The position numbers and the translations under genes are program-made. From Pirellulales bacterium (GTDB lineage Bacteria > Planctomycetota > Planctomycetia > Pirellulales > UBA1268): DNA of 36,829 bases. The notes below the pieces were generated by a model that worked only from the letters and a program-made list of their open reading frames with translations, was not told the DNA's origin and made no database searches. Location: positions 1 through 36,829 of the forward strand of contig JBILVW010000002.1 in assembly GCA_044370205.1 (NCBI GenBank). The letters run 5' to 3'. How positions within the stretch are numbered: position 1 is the first letter of the stretch; each line of letters starts with the position of its first letter. Of this stretch, positions 34,294 to 36,829 are shown piece by piece.

Positions 34294-35435
34294 TCACCCC
34301 GCGGACGGAACCGCACGACGAGGGATTCGTACCCGAGTGGCCGGTCATACGCGGCGGTGTGCTCAACGCGGTCGCATTTCGACACGAGTTCGACCCTCTC
34401 CACGCGACGGCAGAGCAGGGCCAGGAGCATCCGCATGACCGTGCGGGCGTGGGCGGCGCCAAGGCAAAGGTGCACGCCGAATCCGAACGACACGTGGGGG
34501 TTCGGCCGGCGGTCGAGCCGCACCTCGTCGGCCGCCTCGAACACCGTGTCGTCGAGGTTGGCCGACGCCCAACAGAGGCTCGCCCGCTCTCCCGACTTCA
34601 CCTGCATGCCGTGCACGTCGGTGTCGACCGGACAGACGCGGCCGATGTGCGTGAGTGGCATGTAGGCCCGGAAAAACTCCTCGCTGGCGAGCACGATCCG
34701 GCTCGGGTCGGCCCTGAGAAACTCGAGTGCTTCGGGCCGCTCCGCCAGATAGCCGATTGCACAGGCCACCGAATGGATCACGGTGTCGCGGCCGCCGGCG
34801 AACATGAGGTTCGCGAAGCCCAGCTGTTCGGCCCGCGTCAGCGGCCGGCCCTGGAACCTGGCCTTCGTGAGCAGCCCGTAGAAGTCGTCGCCGGGGTTGG
34901 CGGCCGCCTCGTCGAACTGCTCGTTGAGATAGCGTTCGAGCTCGGCAGCCTGCCGCACGCCATGCTCGCCGTGGAACACGTGCACGCCCCAGCCGATGAA
35001 CCGTTCGGCCTCCGCCTCGGGAACGTCGAGCAACACGGTGAGCGCCCGCGACTGGAGTGGCAGGGCGAATTCGGCGACTGCTTCGATCGTGTCGCGGCCG
35101 AGCGCCTCGGCAAGCAGCCGGTCCGTGATCGCCTCGACACGGGCGATGAACGCCGGCTGCTTCGCCCGCAGGAAGAACGGCTCGACGAGCTCGCGATACT
35201 CGGCCTGGAGTGGCGGATCCGTCTCGATCGGCAACTGCCGCACGCTCCGCAGGTGCTCCTCTGAGGGGATCGGCACCCGGTGCGGGGCGTCGGAGCTGAA
35301 CGTTTTCCAGTCCTTCGCCGCCTGCCGCACGTCCTCGTGCCGCAGGATCATCGGGATCGTTTCCTTGTCGGTCGGCAGACCGAGCACGCCCGCCGTCCGA
35401 CGGGGCTCGCGAAACGGGTCGGGAATCTCACCCAT
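34290..35435 (-). CDS. Cytochrome P450, 381 aa
   Basis: Heme-binding loop HVSFGFGVHLCLGAAHAR (FxxGxHxCxG), I-helix-like LMFAGGRDTV and an EEFFR (ExxR) block. The track ORF (to 36629) is a fusion with a shadow frame of the next gene, so I trimmed it to the ATG at 35433-35435. Confidence 0.92.
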   Translation of the reverse strand: MGEIPDPFREPRRTAGVLGLPTDKETIPMILRHEDVRQAAKDWKTFSSDAPHRVPIPSEEHLRSVRQLPIETDPPLQAEYRELVEPFFLRAKQPAFIARVEAITDRLLAEALGRDTIEAVAEFALPLQSRALTVLLDVPEAEAERFIGWGVHVFHGEHGVRQAAELERYLNEQFDEAAANPGDDFYGLLTKARFQGRPLTRAEQLGFANLMFAGGRDTVIHSVACAIGYLAERPEALEFLRADPSRIVLASEEFFRAYMPLTHIGRVCPVDTDVHGMQVKSGERASLCWASANLDDTVFEAADEVRLDRRPNPHVSFGFGVHLCLGAAHARTVMRMLLALLCRRVERVELVSKCDRVEHTAAYDRPLGYESLVVRFRPRGD

Positions 35436-35529
35436 GACTGGTCGGGCTCCGAGGTCTTGTGCGGTCAGCCGTAATCTATGTCGCTCGTCAACCGGATGAA
35501 AGTCGCGCTGACTACGCAGAACCGAGACC

Positions 35530-36501
35530 TCATCTCGACAGGATGTTCTGCGGGGGCGGGTGGAGGCCGTCAGCCGGCGGCTGCGCCGTGATCCCGAATC
35601 GTACCCGGACGTCGGGGTGCGTGGTGTAGAGGCGGAACCGCTGGCCGTCGTGCACGAGCGTGGCGCTCGATCGCTTCGGCGCCTCGGGATCGACCGGCAG
35701 GAGCGGGTTGCCCGCGTACTTCGTCCAGCGCACGAGATCGGTGCTCGTGGCGAGGCAGGTCTGCCACGTGGCCCGGTCCTCCCGCGGGCTCGAGTGATAG
35801 TAGGCGTAGTAGCGGCCCGCATGCCGCACGATCTGATCGACGGCGATGGCGTGGAGGTCGTAGGGCTCGGGACCGCACGCCAGGACGGGCTCGTCGGTGA
35901 CGTTGGTGAACACGCGACCGTCCCGTGATGTCGCGAGCCACACGCCGTCGTCCATGCGCTCGTAGAAGAGATGCCAGACGCTCCGCTCGAGCCACACGGC
36001 CGGCGTGCCCCGCGGCCCTTCGGGAATCGGCCCACCCGCGGCCAACCTGATCTCGAGCGGCCCACACTGGTTCCAGCAAATGCGGTCTCGCGACATGAGC
36101 AGGTGGGCGACATCCTGCTCCCCCTCGGCGAACATGAGATACCGGCCGGCATGTCGCACCACGCACACGTCCTCGACCCACGCGTCCCGCACGAGCGGAT
36201 TGCGCCCGCAGCGGTTCCAGTTGAGGCCGTCGGTGCTCGTGGCCAGGCCCATTCGCCGCACCGGTTCGCGGTCGGGGTTCGAGCCGGTGTACCAGAGCGA
36301 CCAGCGGTTCCCCTCCCGCATGATCCAGCCCCGCTCACGGAGATCGCGGTCCCAGGCATCGGCACCGCCCCCGGCGAACAGCGGATGCTGCGACGGCGGA
36401 CCGAACTCCACGAGCTCCGCCGGAAACGGCTCGCCCCCCCGCGCGACCGCGGTGATGAGCAGCAGACCAACGATGCATAAACCAACGAGAGGAAACGGCA
36501 T
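35530..36501 (-). CDS. Secreted glycoside hydrolase-like beta-propeller protein (GH43/GH130-like), 323 aa
   Basis: Signal peptide MPFPLVGLCIVGLLLITAVARG. Repeated blade motifs: WSLWYTG...GLATSTDGLNWNR, VWLATSRDGRVF, CLATSTDLVRWTKYAGNPLL. The family assignment is by motif only. I used the ATG at 36499-36501 in place of the track TTG at 36519. Confidence 0.7.
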   Translation of the reverse strand: MPFPLVGLCIVGLLLITAVARGGEPFPAELVEFGPPSQHPLFAGGGADAWDRDLRERGWIMREGNRWSLWYTGSNPDREPVRRMGLATSTDGLNWNRCGRNPLVRDAWVEDVCVVRHAGRYLMFAEGEQDVAHLLMSRDRICWNQCGPLEIRLAAGGPIPEGPRGTPAVWLERSVWHLFYERMDDGVWLATSRDGRVFTNVTDEPVLACGPEPYDLHAIAVDQIVRHAGRYYAYYHSSPREDRATWQTCLATSTDLVRWTKYAGNPLLPVDPEAPKRSSATLVHDGQRFRLYTTHPDVRVRFGITAQPPADGLHPPPQNILSR

Positions 36502-36671
36502 GCAACTGACAGTACCCAATCCGAGCGCATCCAGTCGAACCGTGACGACCGCATGGCAGGCCGGAGAAGGGTAGGCGAGGGGGTCGGCGTGAGGATGCCG
36601 AGCGTGGCGTGCGGCCGCCAGCGAGGCAACTCATGCCGCCCCCGAGCCGGCGATACCCGCGAAGCCGCGTC

Positions 36672-36829
36672 CTACGCGATCAGGTCGTGGATTACGTGGC
36701 CCCCCACGTCGGTGAGCCGGAAGTTGCGGCCGTTGTGGCGATACGTGAGCTTCTCGTGGTCGATGCCGAGCAGGTGCAGCAGCGTGGCGTGCAGGTCGTT
36801 GACGTGCACCTTGTTTTCCACCGCCTTGT
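36672..36829 (-). CDS. DUF1501 domain protein, C-terminal 51 codons (gene continues beyond the right edge)
   Basis: The reverse complement reads [51 protein letters not shown] with stop TAG at 36674-36672. This is the characteristic C-terminus of the Planctomycetota/Verrucomicrobiota-expanded DUF1501 family. Confidence 0.8.
   Translation of the reverse strand, partial: KAVENKVHVNDLHATLLHLLGIDHEKLTYRHNGRNFRLTDVGGHVIHDLIA

Overview
The window is GC-rich, with third codon positions almost all G/C. Its gene content looks Planctomycetota-like: DUF1501 genes, a Cys-rich HEAT-like secreted protein and interspersed hairpin repeats. That taxonomic call is an inference.

Left block (1-10262, all minus strand): a type VI secretion system (T6SS) core block. 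Gene order in the direction of transcription is tssK, tssL, a tssM that stops right after its third TM helix, a small coupled ORF, a sigma-28-type sigma factor, a 127-bp gap, then tssA, tssB, tssC, a second divergent tssC paralog and the start of tagJ/impE. No hcp, vgrG, clpV, tssE/F/G or tssJ is visible in this window.

Divergent module (10528-21919, plus strand): an 11.4-kb module lies divergent from tssK. It encodes two giant paralogous single-pass membrane proteins flanking a signal-peptide, Cys-rich HEAT-like protein.
- The first giant protein is a pseudo-caspase with a C-terminal CarboxypepD_reg-like domain.
- The second keeps the caspase His/Cys dyad and carries a vWA domain with an intact MIDAS motif.

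Right half (mostly housekeeping or metabolic):
- a frame-switched gene remnant
- sulfotransferase, a GT8-like transferase, a GT4 glycosyltransferase and an NAD-dependent sugar epimerase
- tRNA-Val(GAC), thrS, a small LigD_N-like protein and glnA
- a ROK regulator and galM
- a 5'-truncated DUF1501 remnant, a cytochrome P450, a beta-propeller glycosidase and the 3' end of an intact DUF1501 gene

Three copies of a ~131-141-bp hairpin-flanked repeat sit in two intergenic regions.

The best candidate for something new is the T6SS variant as a whole. It combines the truncated TssM, an embedded sigma factor with a coupled small ORF, and the divergent caspase/pseudo-caspase/vWA giant membrane proteins.

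Many long ORFs in the supplied track are GC-rich shadow frames. Several track starts are GTG/TTG extensions, and I trimmed those.
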